A stretch of 64,000 nucleotides of DNA, taken from contig OZ220744.1 in the NCBI GenBank assembly GCA_965116925.1, positions 3,136,001 through 3,200,000 on the forward strand. Reading direction: 5' to 3'. Below are positions 19,686 through 30,280 of this stretch, in pieces (position 1 is the stretch's first letter; the number at the start of each line of letters is the position of its first letter). A program made the position numbers and the translations under genes. Source of the stretch: Candidatus Poribacteria bacterium. Its GTDB lineage: Bacteria > Poribacteria > WGA-4E > PCPOR2b. A model generated the notes under the pieces. It had not been told where the DNA came from. It searched no databases and saw only the letters and a program-made list of their open reading frames with translations.

Positions 19686-20561
19686 TTAATCCTCTAACTT
19701 CCAGCTGATATCGATACTTGGGTAATCCTCAACGTAACGCTGCAACTGCGGAGAGAGTCCTTCCATGAACCGGTGCGCGGATTCAGGTAACTCCCACGGA
19801 ATTGAGAGCTTTTCTCGGGTCGGACGAAAAATGAAGCCACATGAGAGACGGGGTTCATCGCCGCCGTGTGGAAAAGCACCGTGATACGTCCGTGCCGCAA
19901 AGATGATGAGATCGCCCGGCTCTGTGAAAAGTGGAACTGTCCCCGGCATATCCATCCGATCATACGGTTTCGGCTCTTCGCCCGTTCGGTGGAATGAACG
20001 CTGATCCGCCGTAAATTCAAATCCATCAGGCGGTTGCCAGTCAGCCCTATGCGAGTCTGCGATAACTGCAAGCCCCGCTCGACTCGGATGTGTGCCGTTG
20101 AGGTAAAACCACATACCGTTGGGCCAATCACCTCGATTCAACACGTCGCCGGAGTGTTTTGGCGGCGGTTCAGAAAAGCCACACCAATCGGTATGCCACA
20201 ACACCGGACCCGATTCAACATTCTTCAGGATTGCAGCGGATCGATGGATCGTGAGCGCGTCAGTTCCAAAAATACATCGATTGATATTCAGATAATCTTC
20301 ATTCTCAAGCAGTTTCCAAAGGGGCTTTGAGTATTCGATGAAAGCGTGCTTGGTACGCGTTTCCCCAAGTCCCAAGTCGCCCTCCGGATCAAGCACCTGA
20401 CCGACCGATTCCTTCAATTCCTCCACATAATCCGGCGACAACACGTTCTTTACAACGGCAAAACCGTGTGCGTCATGACACGCCTTAATCGCTGTGAGCT
20501 CGTCCGCCTCAAACTCATATCGATAGGGTAAATTGACAGGTTGAAAGTTATCCTTAGACAT
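19686..20561 (-). CDS. Phytanoyl-CoA dioxygenase (PhyH) family Fe/2OG oxygenase
   Basis: GFAVVKNVLS, WHTD, PGDLIIF..RTYHGA, PR. Confidence 0.85.
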   Translation of the reverse strand: MSKDNFQPVNLPYRYEFEADELTAIKACHDAHGFAVVKNVLSPDYVEELKESVGQVLDPEGDLGLGETRTKHAFIEYSKPLWKLLENEDYLNINRCIFGTDALTIHRSAAILKNVESGPVLWHTDWCGFSEPPPKHSGDVLNRGDWPNGMWFYLNGTHPSRAGLAVIADSHRADWQPPDGFEFTADQRSFHRTGEEPKPYDRMDMPGTVPLFTEPGDLIIFAARTYHGAFPHGGDEPRLSCGFIFRPTREKLSIPWELPESAHRFMEGLSPQLQRYVEDYPSIDISWKLED

Positions 20562-20606
20562 TGATTACTCCTCCTCCAAACTACTATCGTGCAACAAAAA
20601 CCGATT

Positions 20607-20898
20607 TATAGTGAATTCAAAAAAATAAATAGAAACTTTCGTTCCCCATGTTTGGTAGGCGCTGTTTCATGAAGTTTAAGTATTTAAATCGGTAATCCCG
20701 ATTTGCCTCCAAACATACGGTAGGCGCGGTTTTATGAAGTTTAAGTATTTAAATCGGTAATCCCGATTTGCCTCCAAACACACGGTAGGCGCGGTTTTCA
20801 ACCGCGCCGGTGTCGCTAGCAAATTACCGAACTGTTTTTTTAATTTTCAGCCAACTGCGCCGATTTGGAGTGTCTCATTAATTCTAAAATCTACTATA
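20607..20898. mobile_element. Triply nested MITE/REP cassette
   Basis: TAGTGAATTC...TCTACTA element whose REP loop holds an ATGAA element, whose own REP loop holds a second ATGAA element. Confidence 0.75.
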
Positions 20899-21018
20899 AT
20901 TCACCCGTTTATTAATGAACCAATGTACTAATGAACCAATGAACAAATGTCTTTCACGTTTCACGCATCACGTTTCACGTATCTTTTAAGATGAGCCATT
21001 CTCTTTTGCGTGCTTACG

Positions 21019-22482
21019 TTACTCCATAGCAATCGCAAAGAGCGTATTCCGACTCGCGATATACAGCACACCGTCTTTTGCTACCGGCGTGGTATAAACC
21101 GCACTCCCCATGTTAGTCTCGAAAATCAGTTCTTTCTCTTTACCCGCTCTTAAAATAGCGAGATCTCCGTCCTCATCTCCGATGTATACCTTGCCATCTG
21201 CCACAAATGTCGATCCCCAAATCGCAGCAAAGGTGTCATACGTCCAATGGTGTTCACCTGTGTTCGCATCAAGACAGTAAACAAAGCCGCTCAAGTCTGC
21301 TATGTAGAGCAAGTCATTGTCAATGGCTACGGTGGACATCGTGCGGTGGAAATCCTCGCCGCCCCGATGCCAGACTGCGCCCGTTTCGGTGATGTCTCCC
21401 TCACCTGTTGCGTCAATCACCCACAGATGACCCACTCCCTCACCGTGTTCAGGGTCCTGTCCCACGCTGATATAAACCCTATCCTTCCAGATGACAGGTG
21501 TCGAGATAATGTTATTGCGTGTCCCTCTCCCGCCCAGTTCCCAAACAGAATCTTTGGGATTGCAGTCGAACTTCCAGATCAGTTCTCCAATCTCTGGTTC
21601 GAGGGAATAGATCCAGCCATCGCCGCCGGGAAAAATAACTTGGGGTTTGCCGTTGATTACCCCGTAGGCTGGGTTAGACCATTGACCGTGTAAGATATTT
21701 TCGGCTGGAGAGGCATCTTCCCAAACCAGTTCACCGGTGTTTTTATTGAGTGCGATAAAGCTCGGCGCGAAAGGGGAAGGAATGTGAACGTGCCCTTCGT
21801 CGACGCCATTGCTCGTTTCCACAAAGAGCAGATCGCCGGCACCGACCGGGGAACAGGTGGCAAGATTGTGCGGAAAAACCTCCAACTCCTCGATCATATC
21901 ATACTTCCAGATAATGTCCCCATCAATTTCACTAGTGTCAACTTCTTCCGTGAAGGGCCCATCATTTTCTCCGTCCATAAAGCCTTCGGTATCAACACAG
22001 ACAACTTCAGCGCGGTTGGAAATATAGTAAAGTCGATCGTCCTCAATGTAAGGTGTTGAACAGATGCCCTGTTGGGGCCAATCGTTGACACGGCCGGCGG
22101 GGAGTTTGGTATGTGTGGATTGCCAGAGAAATTCCCCGTCCGATTCACGAAACGCCATCATAACGCCGCGATCGCCAGTAAGTTTCGGATTTCGCCTGCC
22201 TTGATTATTCGTTCCAACAAACACCTTGCCGCCGATGAGGATGGGCCCCGCATAGGTCTGCGAACCCAAGGTTGCCGTCCATTTGATGTTCAATCCAGTT
22301 TCCGCGTCCCATTTTACCGGCAAATTCTTCTCATCGGAGACGAGGTTTCGCGATGGTGTGAATCCCCACATCGCCGTCTCAGCGAAGGCGGCCATTGCCG
22401 AACCCATCAAAACCATCGTGAGAATAATATAAGCGATAGTATCTGTTTTTAGAATTTGTTTATATTTCATTTTGCTCCTCAT
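21019..22482 (-). CDS. PQQ-binding-like beta-propeller protein, secreted
   Basis: Signal peptide, MWGFTPSRN, repeated propeller blades. Confidence 0.88.
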   Translation of the reverse strand: MRSKMKYKQILKTDTIAYIILTMVLMGSAMAAFAETAMWGFTPSRNLVSDEKNLPVKWDAETGLNIKWTATLGSQTYAGPILIGGKVFVGTNNQGRRNPKLTGDRGVMMAFRESDGEFLWQSTHTKLPAGRVNDWPQQGICSTPYIEDDRLYYISNRAEVVCVDTEGFMDGENDGPFTEEVDTSEIDGDIIWKYDMIEELEVFPHNLATCSPVGAGDLLFVETSNGVDEGHVHIPSPFAPSFIALNKNTGELVWEDASPAENILHGQWSNPAYGVINGKPQVIFPGGDGWIYSLEPEIGELIWKFDCNPKDSVWELGGRGTRNNIISTPVIWKDRVYISVGQDPEHGEGVGHLWVIDATGEGDITETGAVWHRGGEDFHRTMSTVAIDNDLLYIADLSGFVYCLDANTGEHHWTYDTFAAIWGSTFVADGKVYIGDEDGDLAILRAGKEKELIFETNMGSAVYTTPVAKDGVLYIASRNTLFAIAME

Positions 22483-22527
22483 AATTGTGAGTAGTTGCTA
22501 ACCGTAAATTAGTGTCAGTTGCTTGGT

Positions 22528-22689
22528 TAGGAGTTACGCAGTTGAATGTTCGACGTTTTGTAGTTCGGCGATTTATCGCCGCTTCATACCCTCCCAACGC
22601 CCGATGAATCGGGCAACTACAACAGAGATTTCATAAGGGGTTCGTAGTGAACGCAGATCTGCGTTCATTACTGAAATGCGTAAGTCCTA
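22528..22689. mobile_element. MITE-like element (TAGGAGTTACGCA...TGCGTAAGTCCTA)
   Basis: 13-bp imperfect TIR; near-identical copy at 38879-39041; flanks TTGGT/TAGGT. Confidence 0.8.
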
Positions 22690-22850
22690 TAGGTATTGAA
22701 AATCTATCGGTCTTCTGTTAAACCTGAAGTGGCTAGTTTTTCGCTCCAGAGGAGCGATATGTCTATAGAAAGGCAATAGGTCTAATGCACGCGCTCCAGA
22801 GGAGCGCAATGTGTATAGTATTAGTAAAACAGGTAACAATTTAGGTTACA

Positions 22851-23630
22851 TTAAAAGTTGTCTAACTGCGTTCGTGTAATTTCACTTAATTTTCCGTCGT
22901 GAAGTCTGTATGTGTCATAGAAATCTGCACAGTCGTGATCGGAGTATGTTTCCAACACCTTTACGCACCAAGCAAACAGGGTTCTGAGCGAAGCGCATGT
23001 GTCGGGACGAGACAGAACACGCTCGATGTCAATCTGATCGAGAATCCTTCCACCATCGTCAATCTCTCTAAAACTAGGACGCATTTGTCTAAGATCGCTT
23101 TTAGGATTACGAATTGTTTCTACATCATCTTCATAATCTAACAAGGAAGTTCCCAAAACAGCGTTAATCGCTGGTGCGTCAGTGAGGTAGTACGCTTCAA
23201 GCATATTCACCAGAAAATGCACGGATGCCCGATGCTTCAAGCCGTTTAATACCGTATCAAGTACCGTTCGATAAAGATTGAAAACCTCTAGTGCTTGGTC
23301 CCTTCGAGCATACTCTAAATCGTCAATTAGTAGAACAAAGTGGCATCCGCTGCGGCGCACATAGCCTAGTGCTGGCAATCCAATCTCTAACTCATCCTTC
23401 GTTTCAATTGCCTGATTAATGCCCGCCACTGTAGGATTTTGCGCGCTTGATGTTTTCGGAGTGCGCTGTTCAATTTTCCGAATAACTTCAAAGTGGCAAA
23501 CTCCAGTTGCCATCAACGACCTAAATAACTTTGGTAGATGCTCCCTTTCAGTGTCCCCGGTAACAATTAAGCCGAAGCGAAAATAAGCGCAGCGCGGGGA
23601 TTCGGTAGATACTGCAGCCTGTGCACTCAT
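22851..23630 (-). CDS. DUF4276-like (TOPRIM-related) protein
   Basis: LIVTGDTE, LIDDLE, MLEAYYL.D, NPK, CASL; ATGA overlap with the ATPase. Confidence 0.65.
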   Translation of the reverse strand: MSAQAAVSTESPRCAYFRFGLIVTGDTEREHLPKLFRSLMATGVCHFEVIRKIEQRTPKTSSAQNPTVAGINQAIETKDELEIGLPALGYVRRSGCHFVLLIDDLEYARRDQALEVFNLYRTVLDTVLNGLKHRASVHFLVNMLEAYYLTDAPAINAVLGTSLLDYEDDVETIRNPKSDLRQMRPSFREIDDGGRILDQIDIERVLSRPDTCASLRTLFAWCVKVLETYSDHDCADFYDTYRLHDGKLSEITRTQLDNF

Positions 23631-24835
23631 TCAGTCTTCTCTTGGGTGTAGGGAGCACTTTGTGGAGCGATTGCTTCAGCCATATAGAGCGATCCCGTCG
23701 CATAGGTTTCGAGCAAATCTTGAATATCGTCCATCTCGCTGACCCGCGTCAGCACTGTCTGACCGGACTCATCCAATTCTGTCACTAAAAGATCTTCTGT
23801 GTCAAATTGACTAATCAAAACTGGGGAATGTGTTGCGATGAAAACCTGCTTGTTCCACTCCTTTGTGGCTAGCTTGACCGCTTCCGCAAACACGGAAATA
23901 GCATAAGGGTGAAGCGAGGTCTCCGGCTCATCGAACACAATCAGTGAGTCTCGATCCGTTCCCTCAGAAAATAGAGCCGTTAGGTGGATAAGCATTTGCA
24001 GTTGGCCATCCGACACACCGAGTGCTGGAATTGGAGCTTGGCAGTTTTTTTCTACGAAGCTAGCGTAGACTCCGTTTGGCCCCGCTGAATCAAACACCAT
24101 ATCTTTGAAGTTGGGGAAACTGTTTTGCATGAAACTGATGATAGTTGCATAACGCGAATCAATCGCACCTTTACCATGAATGTTCCGCAGCACCGACCAT
24201 AGATTTCCACAATCCTCACGCAACGTGATATCCATGCCTGACTCCGAACCACGTTGCTTGAGCCCATATAGATCAATATAGTGAGAATGGTAAAAACGAA
24301 CGGAATTGAGTAGACTGCGTAAATTGAAAACGGTTGACGGAGTATGTTCCTTTCCTTGCATATATTGTATCAAAGCAAGTTTTTCTGGAAACGTCAAAGG
24401 GATTTGCACGATTGAGTTTTCTTCATGATGATAAAAATCAGCTTCATTGCTGTTTGTTCTTCGATTTATCAGGCGGATCTTTTTTTCTTTGGAGTACAGA
24501 ACCTCCCCGGCATACGGCTGAATTTGTCCCCGTGAAAAGCCTAATCGGAGTGTGTACTCAGCAAGAACTGTTTCCAATATGATCGATATTCCTTGCCATT
24601 CATCAACGCGCTGCCCAACCCCCTGCCGCAACATACCAAAACCATTATTCCGCGTTCTAGCAGCCTCCTCAACGTCCCGGGAAACACAATCCTTAACCAA
24701 CCGAATTGTTTCCAACAACGTCGATTTCCCTGACCCATTCGGACCAAAGAGGAGGTTAATTGGGCGCGTTTCAATTGAGACATCTGCCAACGATCTGAAG
24801 TTTTTCACCTGTAAACGGGTTAATTGATTTCCCAT
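23627..24835 (-). CDS. ABC/AAA_21-type ATPase
   Basis: NFRSL, GPNGSGKS, VSDGQ, FDEPETSLHP, ATHSP; no TM segments. Confidence 0.9.
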   Translation of the reverse strand: MGNQLTRLQVKNFRSLADVSIETRPINLLFGPNGSGKSTLLETIRLVKDCVSRDVEEAARTRNNGFGMLRQGVGQRVDEWQGISIILETVLAEYTLRLGFSRGQIQPYAGEVLYSKEKKIRLINRRTNSNEADFYHHEENSIVQIPLTFPEKLALIQYMQGKEHTPSTVFNLRSLLNSVRFYHSHYIDLYGLKQRGSESGMDITLREDCGNLWSVLRNIHGKGAIDSRYATIISFMQNSFPNFKDMVFDSAGPNGVYASFVEKNCQAPIPALGVSDGQLQMLIHLTALFSEGTDRDSLIVFDEPETSLHPYAISVFAEAVKLATKEWNKQVFIATHSPVLISQFDTEDLLVTELDESGQTVLTRVSEMDDIQDLLETYATGSLYMAEAIAPQSAPYTQEKTE

Positions 24836-24844
24836 GACATCTCC

Positions 24845-27067
24845 TCAATCCCCCCAAACCTTCAGATTATCATAATAGACCTCAGCAGGCGAATAGCCAT
24901 AAATCCCCGGACTCCCCTCGCGATTCGGCAACGGATCCTCGACGATAATCGTCCATTCCTCCGGTTCTGCCTCACCTCTAACCCAAACTTTACCCTTGAC
25001 GTGCGCCGTATCATCGACAATATCCACCGTCATTTTCATCGTATACCAGACATTCGGCTCCCACTTGAAATCAATCCACTTTGCCATTCGGAGATCCGAT
25101 CGCCACGACAACACCTGAAGCCGTTGGTGGTTGCCCTGCATCTCAAGGGTATAACGATTGGCGATGAGTCCCATATCTGGCATGTTTCGCTTCGGCTTAG
25201 TCCCTAACAGATCGACCTGAACGGTGTAGTTCTTCATGTTCGGAGGACCAAGATAGACGTTGGAGCGATGTAACCCACGACGGGCGGGCGGTTTGACCAG
25301 AATTTTGTTCCCATCCATCTCACGGACGACAAATCGGTTTGTCGCGCGGACCCAATGCGATGGACTCTTCCCTACCTCTATCGACTCGAAATCCTCCTGC
25401 CACGGCAACGGTGGAATGACGCGGAGGCGCGCCGAGGTTTGTAGATCCTCGATTTTCGCCGATACTGTTCCGGCTTGACCGACCTGACTCGATTCAAGGG
25501 TCAGTTTGCCGCTCTCATCAATAGATCCTAACAATCCGTCCAGCGACCACTCAGCAGCCTTTGCGCCAATAATCTGGGCGCTTTCATCGTTAAAGGCATA
25601 AACGCTAAATTGGAGACTACTTCCCGGTTGAGCTATAACTTCGGTGGGGACAATCTGTATTGATGTGGGATAGCCAGTAGCCATCTTCATACCGACACCG
25701 CCTGATACAGAGCCAGATTGGCTTGAGGTGGAAGTCCCCTGAACCCCCAAGCAATACAACCCTTCCTCAGTGGTAAAGTAGACCCGGCCGTCAGCGATAG
25801 CAGGTGAGCCGTAAATCTCCGCGTAATGACCGGGTTCCCTTTCAATCTGTATCGTACTCAGCGTTTTGCATTCGTTCTCACCCGGTTGCAAGATGAGGAA
25901 GTGCCCGTTGACCTCCGTGACATAGATTTTACCGTCAGCGACGACAGGAGACCCTTTACCCACCGTACCGAGGCTATGTGTCCAATGCACCTCTCCGGTC
26001 TCGCCATTGAGACAGTGTAAGTTCGCCGCGCTGTCAACAACATAAAGCCGACCGTCAGCTATCGCCGGAGAGCTATAACCCGCCTCTATGCCGTCAACGC
26101 GCCAGAGTTCGTGTGTCTTGGTAATATCTCCTGTGCCCGTTCCATCAATGCAGACAACGCGCCCCATCACCGTCGTGTCCGTGTTCTCCCGATTGTGGCT
26201 TGCGTAGACCCGCGTGCCATCTACAACCACCGACGCATTGAGCGGCCCCTGACTGACTTGGAATCCCCAAACCTTCTCTCCCGTCTGCACGTCCATTGCG
26301 TACACATGACCGTCCGAATTGCCATCAATTAACAACCGACGACCATTTATCTCCGCTACGACAGAGACAGGATAGGTCGTATCCTTCGGAGGACCGCCGG
26401 GCTTCGTTGTCCAAACCACCTCGCCGTTCTTTTTATCAAAGGCAAAATAACGGTGGCGCATCGCAGCGTGGCTCCCCCAACTGGTATTAAGGAAACTGAG
26501 GATCACAAGGTCCCCATCGACAACGGGCGTAACAGTTCGCCCACCATACCCTGTGAATCGACCAAATTCCTCTGTCAAAGAGCGCGACCAGACAATCTTT
26601 CCATCTTTGTCGAAACAGGCAAACACGCCGCTGATGGTATGGGCATAGATATAGCCCGTTTCCCTATCTCCCGCGAGGCTTGTCCAACCCAGTCGGTTAA
26701 AAGGGATAGTGCTGTGAAAGACGTTGAATCGGTGTTCCCAGAGCATCTTTCCCGTTTCGGCATCAAAGCACGCAACCCGTTCCTGCTCGGTGATATCCAC
26801 CCCAACGCGCCCAATAACATAAACCCGATTGTTCAGAACGATTGGCGTGGAGCGTCCGATAAAATCTGCCTTCCAAAGCAAGTTGTCGCCATCCAAAGAC
26901 CAGCTTGAGACCAAGCCAGTTTGCGAAGATGAGCCATCTTGATTGGGACCGCGCCAACTGGGCCAATCCGAAGCCAACGCGCTATTAAAACCGATCAAGG
27001 GGGTACAAAGACCTGCCCCTATTAAGATAAAACAAAGAAATACTTTAAGCGTAACCCGAGTTCGCAT
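24845..27067 (-). CDS. PQQ-binding-like beta-propeller protein with C-terminal beta-sandwich domains
   Basis: Signal peptide, DWPSWRGPNQDG, blades, Ser/Gly linker, beta-rich C-terminus. Confidence 0.88.
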   Translation of the reverse strand: MRTRVTLKVFLCFILIGAGLCTPLIGFNSALASDWPSWRGPNQDGSSSQTGLVSSWSLDGDNLLWKADFIGRSTPIVLNNRVYVIGRVGVDITEQERVACFDAETGKMLWEHRFNVFHSTIPFNRLGWTSLAGDRETGYIYAHTISGVFACFDKDGKIVWSRSLTEEFGRFTGYGGRTVTPVVDGDLVILSFLNTSWGSHAAMRHRYFAFDKKNGEVVWTTKPGGPPKDTTYPVSVVAEINGRRLLIDGNSDGHVYAMDVQTGEKVWGFQVSQGPLNASVVVDGTRVYASHNRENTDTTVMGRVVCIDGTGTGDITKTHELWRVDGIEAGYSSPAIADGRLYVVDSAANLHCLNGETGEVHWTHSLGTVGKGSPVVADGKIYVTEVNGHFLILQPGENECKTLSTIQIEREPGHYAEIYGSPAIADGRVYFTTEEGLYCLGVQGTSTSSQSGSVSGGVGMKMATGYPTSIQIVPTEVIAQPGSSLQFSVYAFNDESAQIIGAKAAEWSLDGLLGSIDESGKLTLESSQVGQAGTVSAKIEDLQTSARLRVIPPLPWQEDFESIEVGKSPSHWVRATNRFVVREMDGNKILVKPPARRGLHRSNVYLGPPNMKNYTVQVDLLGTKPKRNMPDMGLIANRYTLEMQGNHQRLQVLSWRSDLRMAKWIDFKWEPNVWYTMKMTVDIVDDTAHVKGKVWVRGEAEPEEWTIIVEDPLPNREGSPGIYGYSPAEVYYDNLKVWGD

Positions 27068-28010
27068 CCGAATCTCCTATCCTGTGCTGTTGTGTATTGA
27101 TGAGCCCAAAACGTATCAATCATAGCATTAGACTATTTACTGTTTAGAATGATTATATGACACCTAAAATTAAATTCTTCTTTGAGAGTTTGCTGTCGAT
27201 GCAACGAAAACATTTTATGTTAAGCGAGCCTACAAAGTCAATCAAAAACGTAATTGTATCCTAGCCACGAAAAACGGATCCGGCTTCAAGAATTTTCGGG
27301 ATAAGCTGATAAAATCACCCAAATTGCGTCCCAATGCCCCAGCAGGTAGGTTGGGTTGAAAGGTAAAATCAAATCCTATCAATGACAATAGAATCTGCGT
27401 TTTTTAACAACACCCTTTTATGGATAGATGAAGTGAAACCCAACACCCCATACCCGTAGGTCGGGCATCTTGCCCGACCCAAAGCAGCTCCAGCGGGACG
27501 ACATGTGTGTCTTGCATTAAAATAACCTAAGTTGCTAATTATTGGAAATCCATCAGAACCTGTAGGTCGAGATTCACATCTCGACACCAAACCGTTGATT
27601 TTCCAAAATCGCCTACAAAAATCTTCGTCTGTTTCCTGCTTTCTGGTTATCTCGTTATCTCGTTTTCCTCCGTGTAATCCGTTAATCCGCGATAATCCGC
27701 GATTCAGACAGGCAGAGTGACTACGACTAGCAACTTGCGTTAAAATAATGGAGACATAATTGGAAATATGTTATAAAATAAGGACAATTTTCCCATTTGC
27801 GCGGGAAAAATGGGAAAATTTGATTTTCGCAGGCGAAACGTAACCTTTTTAATCTCACTCATGCGACCTTAAAATTATCGCTTTTCTCTGCGTTCTCCGC
27901 GTCTCTGCGGTGTACATTGGTAGATAGCAACTTGCGTTAATATGATGAAAATGCACAGATATGCTCATAGTGCTACTACGCATATTTGATACTTCACGAG
28001 GGAGTGTGCC

Positions 28011-28976
28011 ATGATTCGCGTAATTAAGCCAGAAGGTTTCGGCAACATTCAGTTGGAAGATATACCGATTCCTGAGATTAACAGTCGTCAAGTTTTGGTG
28101 AAGACACACACCACGCTGATTAGCCGTGGTTCCGAACTGTTTCGTCGTTATATCATGGAGGAAGCAATCCCTCCATCAATGATGGGGTATTCCCTCACAG
28201 GCGTCGTCGAACAAATTGGATCGGCGGTCACAGAGTATGAGGTCGGACAACGGGTGATGGTCGTTGCACCCCACGCCGAATATGCCGTCGGAGAGGTCAA
28301 TGCTACCGTGGATGGACGGGTCGTACCGCTCCCAGATGATATCTCCTTTGAAGAAGGGACATTCCTGCCGCTCTCAATAAGTTCAATCGCTTGGGCGGAC
28401 TCATCAGGAGTCCAAGAGGGAGATACGGTCGTCATTCTTGGGCAAGGCATCGTCGGGAGTCTGATGATGCAAGTGCTGCGGGGATATAATCCCGAACGCA
28501 TTATCACGGTTGATGCAGTGTCGCTGCGTTGTCAATTCTCCACTGAATTGGGAGCGGATGTTACTATCAACGCCTCGGAAGAAGACCCCGTCGAAGCGGT
28601 ACAACGCTTAACCGATGGAAATGGTGCAGACTTGGTAATCGACTGCGTTGGCGGACACGCTGGGGTTAAATCGTTTGAGCAGGCGCAAGACATGGTGCGT
28701 AGGAAGGGAACCCTCCAACTGATTGCGTTATATCAAGGTGAGCCGTTGCCGCTGCATTCCTCAAAGATTATGAGCAAACGACTTGTAGCGGGCGTCCTTA
28801 CCGACGAGCCGCGCGGGGAAATCGCCCATCGTGCAATCGAGAAAATCCGCTCAGAAGAGATCCAAGCCGCGCAAATGGTTAGCCGTCGTTTCCCTTATCA
28901 GAATGCAAAGGAAGCTTTCGACTTCTTGTGGGAGCATCCGGACGAAGCACTCGCCGTTCAGCTGCTCTGGCAGTAA
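28011..28976 (+). CDS. Medium-chain dehydrogenase/reductase (zinc-binding ADH fold)
   Basis: ISRGSE, GYS, GQGIVG Rossmann motif, GADLVID. Confidence 0.85.
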   Translation: MIRVIKPEGFGNIQLEDIPIPEINSRQVLVKTHTTLISRGSELFRRYIMEEAIPPSMMGYSLTGVVEQIGSAVTEYEVGQRVMVVAPHAEYAVGEVNATVDGRVVPLPDDISFEEGTFLPLSISSIAWADSSGVQEGDTVVILGQGIVGSLMMQVLRGYNPERIITVDAVSLRCQFSTELGADVTINASEEDPVEAVQRLTDGNGADLVIDCVGGHAGVKSFEQAQDMVRRKGTLQLIALYQGEPLPLHSSKIMSKRLVAGVLTDEPRGEIAHRAIEKIRSEEIQAAQMVSRRFPYQNAKEAFDFLWEHPDEALAVQLLWQ

Positions 28977-29134
28977 GCACCCCACTTACGCCAATCGTAG
29001 GGGCGGGGTTACCCCGCCCGTGCTTGTCAATGAACAAGCTATGACCCCGGTAGGTGCGGTTTCTAACCGCACCGCATAGGTGCAGTTGAAAACAGCACCT
29101 ACCCAACACTTCATGCTTCACGGAAGAATCACCG

Positions 29135-30115
29135 ATGCTCAATTACATTATACGCCGCACCCTTTACGCTATCCCGATCCTCATCGGTGTCAACCTTATC
29201 ACGTTTGTGCTCTTTTTCATCGTCAACTCACCCGATGACATGGCACGACAGATTCTTGGAGAGAAAAATATCACCCAAGAAGATGTAGACCGCTGGAAGC
29301 GCGATCGCGGCTATCATCTGCCCCTGTTTCTCAACACCCAAGAATCTGGGTTCGCAGTTTTCACGCAGACAATCTTCTCCCAAAAAGCCATGCGGCTCTT
29401 CCTCTTCGACTTCGGTAAGTCGGATCGGAACAACATCGACATCGGTTACCAAATCTCCCACCGGATGTGGGCAAGTCTCGCTATCGCTATACCGACATTC
29501 ATCATAGGCTTGCTTGTCAATATCACCTTTTCGATGATCATCGCCTACTACCGCGCTACCTACGTCGATTTCTGGGGAACGATTGTTGCCGTGATTCTGA
29601 TGTCAATCTCCACGCTCTTTTATATTATCGCTGGACAATGGCTGTTTGGTAAGATGCTCCGTCTCTTCCCGATTTCTGGCTATGACACCGGTGTGAATAT
29701 GCTGAAGTTTGTCTTTCTGCCCGCAGTTATCGGCGTTATTAGCGGTATTGGCACCGGCGTCCGTTTCTACCGCACCATTTTCCTCGAAGAGGTGAATCGC
29801 GATTATGTACGAACGGCACGGGCAAAGGGACTCGGCGAAGCCGTTGTGCTGTTTAAGCACGCTTTGAAAAACGCGATGATCCCTATTTTGACAAACGTAG
29901 TGTTAGCAATTCCATTTCTCTTCATGGGCAGCCTTGTGATGGAGAACTTTTTCTCAATTCCCGGACTAGGCAGTTTTACGATTGACGCTATCAACGCACA
30001 AGATTTCGCCATTGTCCGCAGCATGGTTTATCTCGGTTCGGTGCTGTATATCGTGGGTTTGCTGTTGACAGACATCAGCTACACCCTCGTTGATCCCCGG
30101 ATCCGATTGCAATAA
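29135..30115 (+). CDS. Oligopeptide/dipeptide ABC permease (OppB/DppB type)
   Basis: YIIRR, DFGKS, DYVRTARAKGL..KHALKNA, LVDPRI. Confidence 0.93.
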   Translation: MLNYIIRRTLYAIPILIGVNLITFVLFFIVNSPDDMARQILGEKNITQEDVDRWKRDRGYHLPLFLNTQESGFAVFTQTIFSQKAMRLFLFDFGKSDRNNIDIGYQISHRMWASLAIAIPTFIIGLLVNITFSMIIAYYRATYVDFWGTIVAVILMSISTLFYIIAGQWLFGKMLRLFPISGYDTGVNMLKFVFLPAVIGVISGIGTGVRFYRTIFLEEVNRDYVRTARAKGLGEAVVLFKHALKNAMIPILTNVVLAIPFLFMGSLVMENFFSIPGLGSFTIDAINAQDFAIVRSMVYLGSVLYIVGLLLTDISYTLVDPRIRLQ

Positions 30116-30280
30116 CCGAAAGGGAAACCGAATTTTTTCTTGAAAATTCGGTTTCTTTCTTCTGCCCCGGATCTGTGTTATACGATTTCTTAACATGAGC
30201 GAAAAGAGAAAAACCTCTAAAATCTGTGTACATCTGCATTTATCAGTGTCCCTTTGAATCCTCAAATCCTGAAACTCCAT

